This document shows positions 47,561-56,613 of a DNA stretch of 64,000 nt, one piece after another. The notes beneath the pieces are model-generated. The model was not told the DNA's origin. It worked only from the letters and a program-made list of their open reading frames with translations, and searched no databases. Source of the DNA: an uncultured delta proteobacterium (GTDB taxonomy: Bacteria > Myxococcota > Myxococcia > Myxococcales > Myxococcaceae); the NCBI GenBank assembly GCA_963771175.1, contig CAVYSY010000040.1, forward strand, positions 192,001 through 256,000, in the 5' to 3' direction. How positions within the stretch are numbered: the first letter of the stretch is position 1; every line of letters begins with the position of its first letter. A program made the translations under genes and the position numbers.

Positions 47561-48865
47561 ATGCCTCCGCGAGCGCCCTGGTTGTTTCAACTCGTACTGC
47601 TGGCGACAACGGGCACGGCCCTGATGGCGACGTCGGCGGGAGCGGCCTCCGCACTGTCGAGCAGGATGGTGCAGGTGCGCGAGGTGCCGGGAGGGGTGAG
47701 GCTCCTCTTCGAGCCGCAGGGGAGGGCGGCGGAACTGGAGAAGCTGACGGTGGAGCAGGCGCGCGGAGTGCTGGCCGCGTTCCGCGAGGACTTCGGCCCG
47801 GTGCCGCCCAGCCGACCGGAGCGGGTGGTAGCGCTCGCGGCCGTGGCGTGCGGGGCGGTGGCGTGCGGACCGGGAGAGGAGTGGGAGAAGCGGCTGCGAG
47901 CGGCCTACGTCGCGAGGTACGGAGTGCCGGAGGTGGAGCTGCCGCCGCTGGCGAGCGACAGGCTGGCGGGGGTGTTGAGGCTGTCACCGCGGTACATGAA
48001 GGAGGGGGTGAGGGAAGCAGCGGTGGAGTTGTTCGGAGACCCGCTCTTCCTGGCGGGGGTGTCCACGTCGGTGGTGGCCTATTTCCTGGCGTGGGCAGTG
48101 CCCGAGCCGTTGCTCAGCAAGACGGCGGCGGTGGTGGTGACAGTGGGACTGGTGGCGGCCTTCGGAGTGGCGGAGCTGCACCAACTGGGAGTGGCATGCC
48201 TGAGGCTCTACCGGGAGGCGGAGGCGGCGAGGACGCCCGAGGAGATGGAGAAGGCGGCCGAGCACTTCGGCAAGGCAGTGGGAGGAGTGGCGTTGAGGGC
48301 GCTGGTGATGGCGGCGAGCGCCGGGGTGGCCAAGGGGCTGCCGAAGGTGCCGAAGGGAGGGCTGTGGGAGAGCGTGGCGCCCGCGAGCCAGGCGCTGCCC
48401 GGGGGGCTGACGCTGAGCGTGTCGACGACGGCGCAGGTGGTGGCGGACGGGACGGTGGTGCTGATGGGGGCGGCGGTGGGAACGGGGGCCGCGGCGGCGA
48501 GGGCCACGGGGGCGTGCGGGGATGGCTCGAAGAAGGACGGGAGCCACTGGCACCACCTCGCCACCAACAAGAACGACATCTCCGGTGCCAACGGTGGCCC
48601 CTGGACTCCTGCGTTCGAGGAAATCTTCGCCAAGGCGGGGATGCGCCTGGATGCGAAGGAGAACCTCGTCTACCTCCTGGGCCACCAGGGGCCTCACCCC
48701 GAGGCGTATCATGCGGAAATCTTCGACAGGCTCCGGATCGCAACGGCACGCTGCAAGACGCAGACGGAGTGTCGGAGCATGCTGGTGGAGGAGCTGGACA
48801 AGATTGCAGGAGAGGTCTGCACTCCTGGCTCATCGCTTCATAAGCTTCTCACGAAGAAACCATAG
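47561..48865 (+). CDS. Polymorphic toxin, SitA-like N-terminus with a C-terminal AHH nuclease domain
   Basis: GGAGAG RBS and signal-like N-terminus; hydrophobic AWAVPEPLLSK...AAEHFG region resembling myxobacterial SitA5-type toxins; C-terminal HWHH...HQGPHP..YH. Confidence 0.8.
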   Translation: MPPRAPWLFQLVLLATTGTALMATSAGAASALSSRMVQVREVPGGVRLLFEPQGRAAELEKLTVEQARGVLAAFREDFGPVPPSRPERVVALAAVACGAVACGPGEEWEKRLRAAYVARYGVPEVELPPLASDRLAGVLRLSPRYMKEGVREAAVELFGDPLFLAGVSTSVVAYFLAWAVPEPLLSKTAAVVVTVGLVAAFGVAELHQLGVACLRLYREAEAARTPEEMEKAAEHFGKAVGGVALRALVMAASAGVAKGLPKVPKGGLWESVAPASQALPGGLTLSVSTTAQVVADGTVVLMGAAVGTGAAAARATGACGDGSKKDGSHWHHLATNKNDISGANGGPWTPAFEEIFAKAGMRLDAKENLVYLLGHQGPHPEAYHAEIFDRLRIATARCKTQTECRSMLVEELDKIAGEVCTPGSSLHKLLTKKP

Positions 48866-48887
48866 CACCGGAGCACGAGGAACAGAC

Positions 48888-49451
48888 ATGTCCAGGTACT
48901 TCATGCTTCGTGACCACATGAGCTTTCCGGGGCGCTGGGTCCTGAGAAGCCCTGTCGACGAGCAGGGAGCTGAGATCGATTCCTGGCAGTTCGGGGAGGG
49001 GCAGCCCGTGGAGCTGGCAGGTGTTGCGTATTTCCCCATGTCGCATCGAGGGTGTGCGCTGGACATCAGCCAGACGGGACTGGGAGTCCCGGTGGTGCAC
49101 GGCCGGGCGGCCGCCCTCCTCGAGCGCCTCTGCGGCCAGGACGTGCAGTTACTGCCGGCAAGGGTGGAGGGGCAGAGCGACTCCTGGTTTATCCTCAACC
49201 TGCTGCGCGTCATCCGCTGCATCGAGGAGGCGCGGTGTGAGTATGTCGAGCACTGGAAGCCCGAGGACAACCAGCCGGACAAGGTGGGGGAGTACCGCAA
49301 CGTCCGGGGGCTGAAGGTGGACCCGGCGAAGATTGGAGATGCCCACATCTTCCGGCCTTGGGGATGGCGCGTGGCCATCATTGTCTCCGAGCCGCTCAAG
49401 CTCGCGCTGGAACAGGCCGGCATCACAGGCATGAAATACATCGAGGTCTGA
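48888..49451 (+). CDS. Imm11/DUF1629-like immunity protein, copy 2
   Basis: Close paralog of 46776..47339, immediately downstream of the toxin. Confidence 0.82.
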   Translation: MSRYFMLRDHMSFPGRWVLRSPVDEQGAEIDSWQFGEGQPVELAGVAYFPMSHRGCALDISQTGLGVPVVHGRAAALLERLCGQDVQLLPARVEGQSDSWFILNLLRVIRCIEEARCEYVEHWKPEDNQPDKVGEYRNVRGLKVDPAKIGDAHIFRPWGWRVAIIVSEPLKLALEQAGITGMKYIEV

Positions 49452-49459
49452 TGACCCTC

Positions 49460-49535
49460 ACCTTTGGCACGCCGTCCCCGCTCTTGTCCGGGTCGCACGT
49501 ATCGCCCAGACCGTCGTGATCTTGGTTTGAATGTC
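49460..49535 (-). pseudogene. Thrombospondin type-3-repeat-like remnant
   Basis: The minus strand reads NQDHDGLGDTCDPDKSGDGVP, resembling DxDxDGxGDxCD-DxDGDG. Confidence 0.5.
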
Positions 49536-49549
49536 CAGACACCTCGAAA

Positions 49550-49603
49550 AGGCGAAGGGCCCGGAATCGTCGAGGCGTGCCTCTCGATCCCGAGCCCTTC
49601 TCT
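49550..49603. terminator. Hairpin between the toxin cassette and the convergent OMP gene
   Basis: GAAGGGCCCGGAATCG...CGATCCCGAGCCCTTC imperfect inverted repeat. Confidence 0.6.
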
Positions 49604-49637
49604 GTTGGGCTCTTGCCCGCCGCGCCGAGCGCGCTGC

Positions 49638-50438
49638 CTAGAATGCGGTGCCGGCGCTGGCGCCCACGAAGGTGTCGTCCATGTAGCCGCGCCGGAAGCG
49701 CATCAACTCGATGCGCCAGGCCAGCCGCACGTTCGACTCCGAGGACAGCCGCGTGCGGCCCCGGAAGCCCACTCCGTACTGGATGAGCGACTTGATGCCG
49801 TCCACCGGTGTCGCCTTGCCGCCAATCTCCAGCGCGGTGTGCTCGTAGGCGATGCCTCCGCCCGCCTGCGCGTAGAAGCCGTAGTCCTTGCTCTTTCCCA
49901 CGGTCAGCTCGTACGCCGGGGCGATGGTGGCGTAGTGCAGCCGCGTGTCGCCGATGATGAGCTGCGTTCCCTCGCGCATCCCGGCGTACGTGTAGCGCAC
50001 GTCGAACCAGAGCGCCTCGCGCAGCGCCTCCATGTTGAACAGCCGTCCGATCTCCCAGGTGAAGCGGCCTCCCACGGCCGGCAGGAGATCGGCGAACTGT
50101 CCGCGCGGGCTGCTCAGCAGCATCGCGCCCCCGAGCACCTCGAACGCCACGCCCGTGTTCGGGTCGTCCAGGTTCGCCAGCCACTCGGCGTCCTTCTCCG
50201 CGTCTTCCTCCTCGGACACCCGACGGAAATCCTCCGCTACGTCCTCGTGTCCGGCGCGGTTGAAATCCTCCGGCGCGTCCTCGGGCCCGGCCTGGCGGCG
50301 GGGCTTCTCCTCCTCGGGCTTCTCGTCATCCGGATAGGCATAGGGCGTGTCGTCGTCCTGCGCGAACGCGGGCGGGGCGAGGGCAATCCCTCCCAGCAGG
50401 CAGGGCAGGAGCCAGGAATACACGGCGGCGGTCTTCAT
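49638..50438 (-). CDS. Outer-membrane beta-barrel protein with an acidic N-terminal extension
   Basis: Signal ending in PAFA, a D/E-rich stretch, amphipathic strands and C-terminal GTAF. Confidence 0.7.
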   Translation of the reverse strand: MKTAAVYSWLLPCLLGGIALAPPAFAQDDDTPYAYPDDEKPEEEKPRRQAGPEDAPEDFNRAGHEDVAEDFRRVSEEEDAEKDAEWLANLDDPNTGVAFEVLGGAMLLSSPRGQFADLLPAVGGRFTWEIGRLFNMEALREALWFDVRYTYAGMREGTQLIIGDTRLHYATIAPAYELTVGKSKDYGFYAQAGGGIAYEHTALEIGGKATPVDGIKSLIQYGVGFRGRTRLSSESNVRLAWRIELMRFRRGYMDDTFVGASAGTAF

Positions 50439-51727
50439 GGGTTGATCGACTCGCAGGCGGAGGTGACGGGGGTGCTGATCGGGCAGTCGGCCTGGGTCGT
50501 GGAGCCGTCCTCGGCGCCGGAGAGCTCGCTGGCCGGGAGCTGCAGGTGGGTGGAGAGGTTGGTGCACACCGTCGTCTTCAGATCGACGTTGCCGGGCGGG
50601 ATGTGCTGGACGATGGCCCGGACCGCCCGGGCCAGCGTGAACCGCGGCTGGTCACCCAGGTACTTGCGCGCGAGCTGGGCGAAGCCGGGCTTCGCGGGAT
50701 CCGTGTCCGAGTAGGCCGCCGCCACCGCGCGCAGCAGCACCTGGCGATCCGCCGGCGACCTGGCGGACTTGTAGAGGGCGCTCGCGAGGATGGTGCCCAC
50801 CTGGTACTCGCGGCCGCTGAACGTGGAGAAGTTGGAGTAGAGGAGCTGCTCGCGCAGGTCCTTGCTCATGCACCAGTTCTTCGACAGGTCACGGTCATCC
50901 GCTGTCGTGCCCTCGAAGGAGGTCTCCAGCACGCGCGTGCTGCAGCCGAAGGCCGACTGGCACGAGGCCCCGTAGGCGTGGAAGTCCGCCAGGCCCTCGT
51001 CCAGCGACTTGAGGACGTTGAGGCCCGGGGTGGGCGTGGGACTCATGGCCGTCCAGGCGCCGATCGGCTCGGGAACGGCGCTGCCGCCGTACGCCCTGCG
51101 GTTGAAGACCAGGTGGGCGTACTCGTGGGCGAGGATGGAGGCGTTGATGGCCAGCGGCGCCTTCTCGATTGCCTCGAAGGGCAGCACCAGGAAGGCCTTC
51201 GCCGGCGAGAAGAAGATGGCGTTGTCGCGCTGCGGCTTGTCGCTCGCGTCGGCGAGGACGAAGTCGGGGAAGTAGTAGGCCGTCGTCTGCGGCAACTCCT
51301 CGCCCTTCACCTCGGCCACGTTGCGGAAGTAGTCGTAGGCGCGCTCGAAGTTGTAATACGTGGTGACGAGGTTCCACGTGTGGAAGTCCGCTGGCCACAG
51401 CACGCCCTGCTTGTCGGCGATGTAGCTGGCGGTGACGGGCCGGCCCTCCTTCTTCACGATGGCGGTCTGGAGCGCCTCCTCGGTGGTGGCGGCCTGGAGC
51501 TCGGGATCATTCGAGTCCAGTCGGATGCTCGCGCCGCCCAGGAGCCGGACCACCTGGCCCTCCAGGGACACGATGTCCGTGACCGTCTTGAGCTCGACTT
51601 CCTGCGGCACGTACTCGCCATTGGTGGAGCGAACGAGCGCGCGGACCTTCACGGGCGTCTGGGTTTCCGGCGCGCAGGAGGCGGCGAGCGTCGCGAGCGC
51701 GGCGGCGGCTGTCAGCTTTCGGACCAT
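50435..51727 (-). CDS. Lipoprotein, putative gluzincin metallopeptidase
   Basis: Lipobox AASC; DNAIF, HEYAH and a downstream LDEGLADF. Confidence 0.72.
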   Translation of the reverse strand: MVRKLTAAAALATLAASCAPETQTPVKVRALVRSTNGEYVPQEVELKTVTDIVSLEGQVVRLLGGASIRLDSNDPELQAATTEEALQTAIVKKEGRPVTASYIADKQGVLWPADFHTWNLVTTYYNFERAYDYFRNVAEVKGEELPQTTAYYFPDFVLADASDKPQRDNAIFFSPAKAFLVLPFEAIEKAPLAINASILAHEYAHLVFNRRAYGGSAVPEPIGAWTAMSPTPTPGLNVLKSLDEGLADFHAYGASCQSAFGCSTRVLETSFEGTTADDRDLSKNWCMSKDLREQLLYSNFSTFSGREYQVGTILASALYKSARSPADRQVLLRAVAAAYSDTDPAKPGFAQLARKYLGDQPRFTLARAVRAIVQHIPPGNVDLKTTVCTNLSTHLQLPASELSGAEDGSTTQADCPISTPVTSACESINP

Positions 51728-51770
51728 GCGGCCCTTCTTACTACGGGTCCGGTGGCCACCTGAAGCCGGG

Positions 51771-52853
51771 TCAGAAGGTGTACTCCGTCCCCACGGTGAC
51801 GAGGCCCGAGCGCTGGGGGGCCTCCCCCTCGGGGCGGTCCGACTGGAGGGCGAGGGCGGCCCACAGCCGGAAGGTCTTCGCCGGCTTCCACGTCCACCGG
51901 GTACCCAGCACGTGCGAGTACCCCTGGCCCGGCACGTAGCGGGTGAAGGCGTAGGAGAGCTGCCCGCGCACCCGGGAGCTGAAGTGGTACGTCACCGAGG
52001 GCTTGACGTCGAAGCGGGCCGGGGCGCTGGGGAAGCCGGTGAGCGCGTTCACGCCCAGCATGCGGCTGGCCAGGTCCACGGACAGCTCCCTGACGCGCTG
52101 CCGGAAGAACTCCGTCAACAGGCTCCGGCTCTCGGCGGCGCTGGTGTAGCGGCGCAGCACCTCCGCCAGCTCGTTCTGGGTGAACTGGCCGGCGCTCAAG
52201 GGATCGCCGCTGTAGAGGTAGAGGCCGCCGCGCAGGCCCAGCTCCCAGTCCTCGAAGAGCATCAGCCGCGCGCCCACCGAGGGGCGGGCGAGGAAGAGCG
52301 GGTCTTCCCGGTGGTAGAGGGACTCGTTGCGCGCATCCTGGCGGGCGAGCACCTCCCGCCGCAGGCCGTAGCGGGTGAGGCCCAGGCCCACGTCGAACCC
52401 GTACTCCACGTCCGAGAAGCCGGCCGAGTCATAGGACGCCGCGAGCTGTGCCCCCAGGCTGTGGTAGCCGGTGCGCGTCAACAGCGCCGGCAGGTCGAGC
52501 AGTGGCCGTTCGGGCGCCACCGGGGTGACGCTCGTCTTGGGCAGGCCCACGTTGACGAGCCCCGAGAGGAGCCAGTGCTCGCCGAGGGCGTGGTCCACCC
52601 CGGCCGAGAGCTGGTGGGAGAGGGCGGTGTCCGACTCCGTGCGGGCCCCGGTGTAGCCGAGGGTGAGGAAGGTCTCGTCCTGGCGCAGCTCCACGTCGCC
52701 CAGGAGCGTCCAGGTGCGCTGGCTGCCCCCCGCGCTCGCCTCGGCCATCACCGAGCCCGCACGTGCCGATAAGGGGGCCAGCAAGCATCCGGCGGCCAGT
52801 GCCATCCACCACACGCGGAGCCGCCGGCCCCCGTCGGGGATTCCTTGACGCAT
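51771..52853 (-). CDS. Putative outer-membrane beta-barrel protein
   Basis: Signal-like N-terminus, alternating strands and C-terminal VGTEYTF. The start is uncertain. Confidence 0.65.
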   Translation of the reverse strand: MRQGIPDGGRRLRVWWMALAAGCLLAPLSARAGSVMAEASAGGSQRTWTLLGDVELRQDETFLTLGYTGARTESDTALSHQLSAGVDHALGEHWLLSGLVNVGLPKTSVTPVAPERPLLDLPALLTRTGYHSLGAQLAASYDSAGFSDVEYGFDVGLGLTRYGLRREVLARQDARNESLYHREDPLFLARPSVGARLMLFEDWELGLRGGLYLYSGDPLSAGQFTQNELAEVLRRYTSAAESRSLLTEFFRQRVRELSVDLASRMLGVNALTGFPSAPARFDVKPSVTYHFSSRVRGQLSYAFTRYVPGQGYSHVLGTRWTWKPAKTFRLWAALALQSDRPEGEAPQRSGLVTVGTEYTF

Positions 52854-52908
52854 CGTTTCCACGCTCTCTATGGTGCCGCCCTTCCAACTCATCTGTACAG
52901 GCGGTGTC

Positions 52909-54729
52909 ATGGCGGTCCCGTTCATCACCGAGGTCAAGCGTACTCACACCTGCGGGCAGCTCACCAAGGCCAACATCGGCGAGGAGGTCGTCCTCTTCGG
53001 CTGGGTGCAGAACCGGCGAGACCACGGCGGCGCGGTCTTCATCGATCTGCGAGACCGTGAGGGTCTCACGCAGGTCGTCTTCGAGCCGGACATCGCCAAG
53101 GAGGCGCACGAGCTGGCTGGCCAGCTGCGCCTCGAGTACTGCATCGGCATCAAGGGCAAGGTCGTCTCGCGCGGCACCCAGGTCAATCCCAAGATCAAGA
53201 CGGGTGAGATCGAGATCAAGGCCACGGACCTGACCATCTTCAACCGCTCCGAGCCCACGCCCTTCCTCGTCGAGGACAACATCGACACGGCGGAGGAGAA
53301 GCGTCTGGCGTACCGCTACCTGGATCTGCGCCGCGCGCCGCTGCAGCAGTCGCTGATGACGCGCTCGAAGATGAACGCGATCACCCGCTCGTACATGGTG
53401 GGCAACGGCTTCCTGGAGCTGGAGACGCCCTTCATGGGCAAGTACACCCCGGGTGGCGCGCGCAACTTCCTGGTGCCCAGCCGGCTCAACCCGGGCAAGT
53501 TCTACGCCCTGGCCGAGAGCCCCCAGCTCTACAAGCAGCTCTTCATGGTGGCGGGCTTCGACCGCTACTTCCAGATCGTCAAGTGCTTCCGCGACGAGGA
53601 TCTGCGCCTGGACCGGCAGCCCGAGTTCACGCAGGTCGACGTGGAGATGAGCTTCGTCACCCAGGACGACATCTTCACCATCATCGAGGGGCTGCTGAAG
53701 CGGCTGTGGAGGGAGGTGCTCGGCGTCGACATCCCCACGCCTTTCTGCGGATGAACTTCGACGAGTCCATGGCGAAGTACGGCAACGACAAGCCGGACCT
53801 GCGCTTCGGGCTGGAGCACGTGGTGCTCACGGACCTCATCCGCCAGCACGGCGCCGCGGGCGGCGTGCCGATGATGTTCGAGGCGGTGGAGCAGGGCGGC
53901 ATCGTCAAGGCCATGGTCGTCCCCGCGGACAAGCCGATGAGCCGCGCGGAGAGCGACAAGCTGGAGGACTTCGCCAAGCAGAACGGGCGCCAAGGGCCTC
54001 GCGCGCGCCAAGGTGGGCGAGGGCGGTGAGTGGACCCAGTCCCCGCTGTCCAAGACGATTACTCCGGCGCTGCGCCTGGCCATCAACCAGGCCTGCGACG
54101 CGAAGACGGGCGACCTCATGCTGTTCCAGTTCGGCCGCGAGTCGCTGGTGCACACGGTGATGGCGAACCTGCGCGTGCACGTGGCCAAGAAGCTCGGCCT
54201 CATCCCCGAGTACGGCAGCGGCGGCGTGTGGAAGTTCCTCTGGGTCGTCAACCCGCCCCTCTTCGAGTACGACGAGGAGACGAAGACGTGGGCGGCGGCG
54301 CACCACGCCTTCACCCGGCCGCACGACGAGGACGTGCCGTACCTGCTGACGGATCCGGGCCGCGTGAAGTGCCACCGCTACGACGTGGTGCTCAACGGCT
54401 TCGAGATCGGCGGCGGCTCCATCCGTCTGCACGACCCCAAGGTGCAGGCGGAGGTGTTCAAGGCGCTGGGCATCTCGGACGAGGAGGCGCGGGAGAAGTT
54501 CGGCTTCCTGCTGGACGCGCTCAAGTTCGGCGCGCCGCCGCACGGCGGCATCGCGCTGGGCATGGACCGGCTGGTGATGCTGCTCACGAGCGCCGAGTCC
54601 CTGCGCGACGTCATCCCGTTCCCCAAGACGAAGACGGGCACGGACCTGATGACGGGCGCGCCGGGCGACGTGGACGAGCGGCAGCTGCGCGAGGTCCACG
54701 TGCGCCCCACGCCGCCGCCGCAGAAGTGA
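52909..54729 (+). CDS. aspS: Aspartate--tRNA ligase (two frameshifts, near 53745 and 53985)
   Basis: RTHTCG, FIDLRD, YRYLDLR, SPQLYKQ, CFRDEDLR.DRQPEFTQ.D.E, GGGSIR and GAPPHGGIALG.DR motifs. Confidence 0.96.
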
Positions 54730-54743
54730 GCGGAGCGGTGCGA

Positions 54744-54768
54744 CCGCCTCCCGCGTGACGGGAGGCGG
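54744..54768. terminator. Hairpin between convergent aspS and the lipoprotein gene
   Basis: CCGCCTCCCG-CGTGA-CGGGAGGCGG, a perfect 10-bp stem. Confidence 0.65.
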
Positions 54769-54787
54769 AGGCCCTTGGCTCCACCTG

Positions 54788-55333
54788 CTAGGGCTTGAAG
54801 GTCAGCGACAGGTCCACCGAGCCGGTGTGGTCATAGACGGGGGAGGCGTCGAACTTGATCTGCGCCCTCCCGCCGAAGCCCGCGTAGTAGGTGTCGGCGC
54901 CCTCGTCCCGACCGGTGGGCACCGTGTCGATGGTCAGGCTCGCCGCGCCGAGGTCCGCACCGAACCCGAGCGACAGGTCGTACTGCTTGTCCTGGTCCGT
55001 CGAGTAGACGGAGCCCGTGGCCTCGATGATGGAGGTTCCGCTGAAGGTGCCCTTCGTGGGGTTTCCCATGAGGGTGATGATGATGTCGTCGGCGCTCTTG
55101 AGGGTGCCGCTGCCCGTCGCGGGCTCGACCGTGAGGGTGTAGAGGAGCTGTCCGTTGGTGGAGAGCTTCGCCGCCGTGACGGTGCAGCTCCGGACGGTGC
55201 CCGTCACGGCCCCGCTGAAGGTCCCCGTGCAGCTTCCGCCGCCGGTTCCAGTGTCACCCCCGTTGTTGTCGTCATCGCACGCCGCGAGCGACAGCGCCGC
55301 CACTGCCGCCAGAATCCGCCAGGTGTTCTTCAT
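54788..55333 (-). CDS. Hypothetical lipoprotein
   Basis: GAGG RBS, MKNTWRILAAVAALSLAAC lipobox and a Gly/Thr-rich body. Confidence 0.75.
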   Translation of the reverse strand: MKNTWRILAAVAALSLAACDDDNNGGDTGTGGGSCTGTFSGAVTGTVRSCTVTAAKLSTNGQLLYTLTVEPATGSGTLKSADDIIITLMGNPTKGTFSGTSIIEATGSVYSTDQDKQYDLSLGFGADLGAASLTIDTVPTGRDEGADTYYAGFGGRAQIKFDASPVYDHTGSVDLSLTFKP

Positions 55334-55559
55334 GGGTAGTCCTCTCGGGCGGGCACCAGCGCCCGCGCAGCACGTCATGCGCACCCCGGGCGCCCACGTC
55401 AACACGTTCTCGTCCTGACCGGGCGGCCGTGCATGTGGGACCCGGGGCGGGGAATAACGAGTCCCGAGAGGGGAAGCGGTGCCGGGATGTGGTCACCAGT
55501 GGTGCGAGCCCTCACGACCGCTGTAAACAGGCACTTCCCCGCAGGGAGGACAAGGGCCG

Positions 55560-56477
55560 ATGAAGACGTTCCTCGTGGTGAATCCGCACAGCGCCGGTGG
55601 GCATACGGGCAAGCGATGGGCCGAGATCTCTGGCCAGGTGACCCGGAAGATCGGCGACTTCGGCTTCGGGTTCACCGAGCGGGCGATGGATGCGGTGCGC
55701 CTCACGCGCGACGCGCTCACGGACGGCTACGAGTGCATCGCCGCCGTCGGGGGTGACGGCACCGTCAACGAGGTCGTCAACGGCTTCTTCCGCGACGGCA
55801 AGGCCATCAACCCGAATGCGGCCCTGGGCCTCATCCCGCGTGGCACCGGCGGCGACTTCCGGCGCGCCTTCGGGTGGGACCTGGACCTGGAGTCCGCCCT
55901 GGAGCGGCTGCGCACCGACAAGACCGAGCCCTTCGACGTGGGGCTCGCCGAGTACGTCAACCACGAGGGCCAGAAGGAATCGCGCTACTTCGCCAACATC
56001 GCCTCCTTCGGCGTGAGCGCGGCGGTGGCCCACGAGGTGAACAAGAGCAGCAAGGCGCTCGGCGGCAACCTGAGCTTCGTGTGGGGCACGGTGAAGGCGA
56101 TGGCGAAGTACAAGGACCGCCGGGTGCGCCTGCGCGTGGACGGCGGCGCGCCCGAGGAGCTGGGCATCACCGCCGTTGCCGCCTCCAACGGGCGCTACTT
56201 CGGCAGTGGCATGTGCGTGGCCCCCAAGGCCAGCACCCACGATGGTCTCTTCGACCTGACCATCTGGCACGACTACGGCGTGTCCGACTTCATCATCAAG
56301 TCCAAGGGTGTCTACAACGGCGAGCACATCCACTGGAACAAGACGCGCTACCTCCAGTGCCGCACCCTCGAGGCGGAGAGCGACGAGGAGGTCTTCCTGG
56401 AGATGGATGGCGAGGTGCCCGGCAGGCTGCCGTGCCGCATCTCCATCCTGCCCGGCGCCATCCGCCTCAAGGTGTAG
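55560..56477 (+). CDS. Diacylglycerol/lipid kinase family protein (YegS/BmrU-like)
   Basis: VNPHSAGG, GGDGTVNEV, IPRGTGGDF, NGRYFGSG and MDGE motifs. Confidence 0.92.
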   Translation: MKTFLVVNPHSAGGHTGKRWAEISGQVTRKIGDFGFGFTERAMDAVRLTRDALTDGYECIAAVGGDGTVNEVVNGFFRDGKAINPNAALGLIPRGTGGDFRRAFGWDLDLESALERLRTDKTEPFDVGLAEYVNHEGQKESRYFANIASFGVSAAVAHEVNKSSKALGGNLSFVWGTVKAMAKYKDRRVRLRVDGGAPEELGITAVAASNGRYFGSGMCVAPKASTHDGLFDLTIWHDYGVSDFIIKSKGVYNGEHIHWNKTRYLQCRTLEAESDEEVFLEMDGEVPGRLPCRISILPGAIRLKV

Positions 56478-56613
56478 CGCCGTCCTGCCCATCTCCGTGG
56501 TGCACGCCCAGGGCCCGGTTGCCCGGGAGCCGGGCGTCCTTCATTCCGCGACTGGACCTTGGAAGTTCGCTCGTTCCGGCTTACTCTAGAAATAGAGTCC
56601 GCCGGAGCGCGCC

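Noticed and set aside
49638..50438. Possible naming as a gliding-motility OMP (CglE/Glt-type)
   Set aside because: The resemblance is only generic; a gene symbol cannot be supported without a search.
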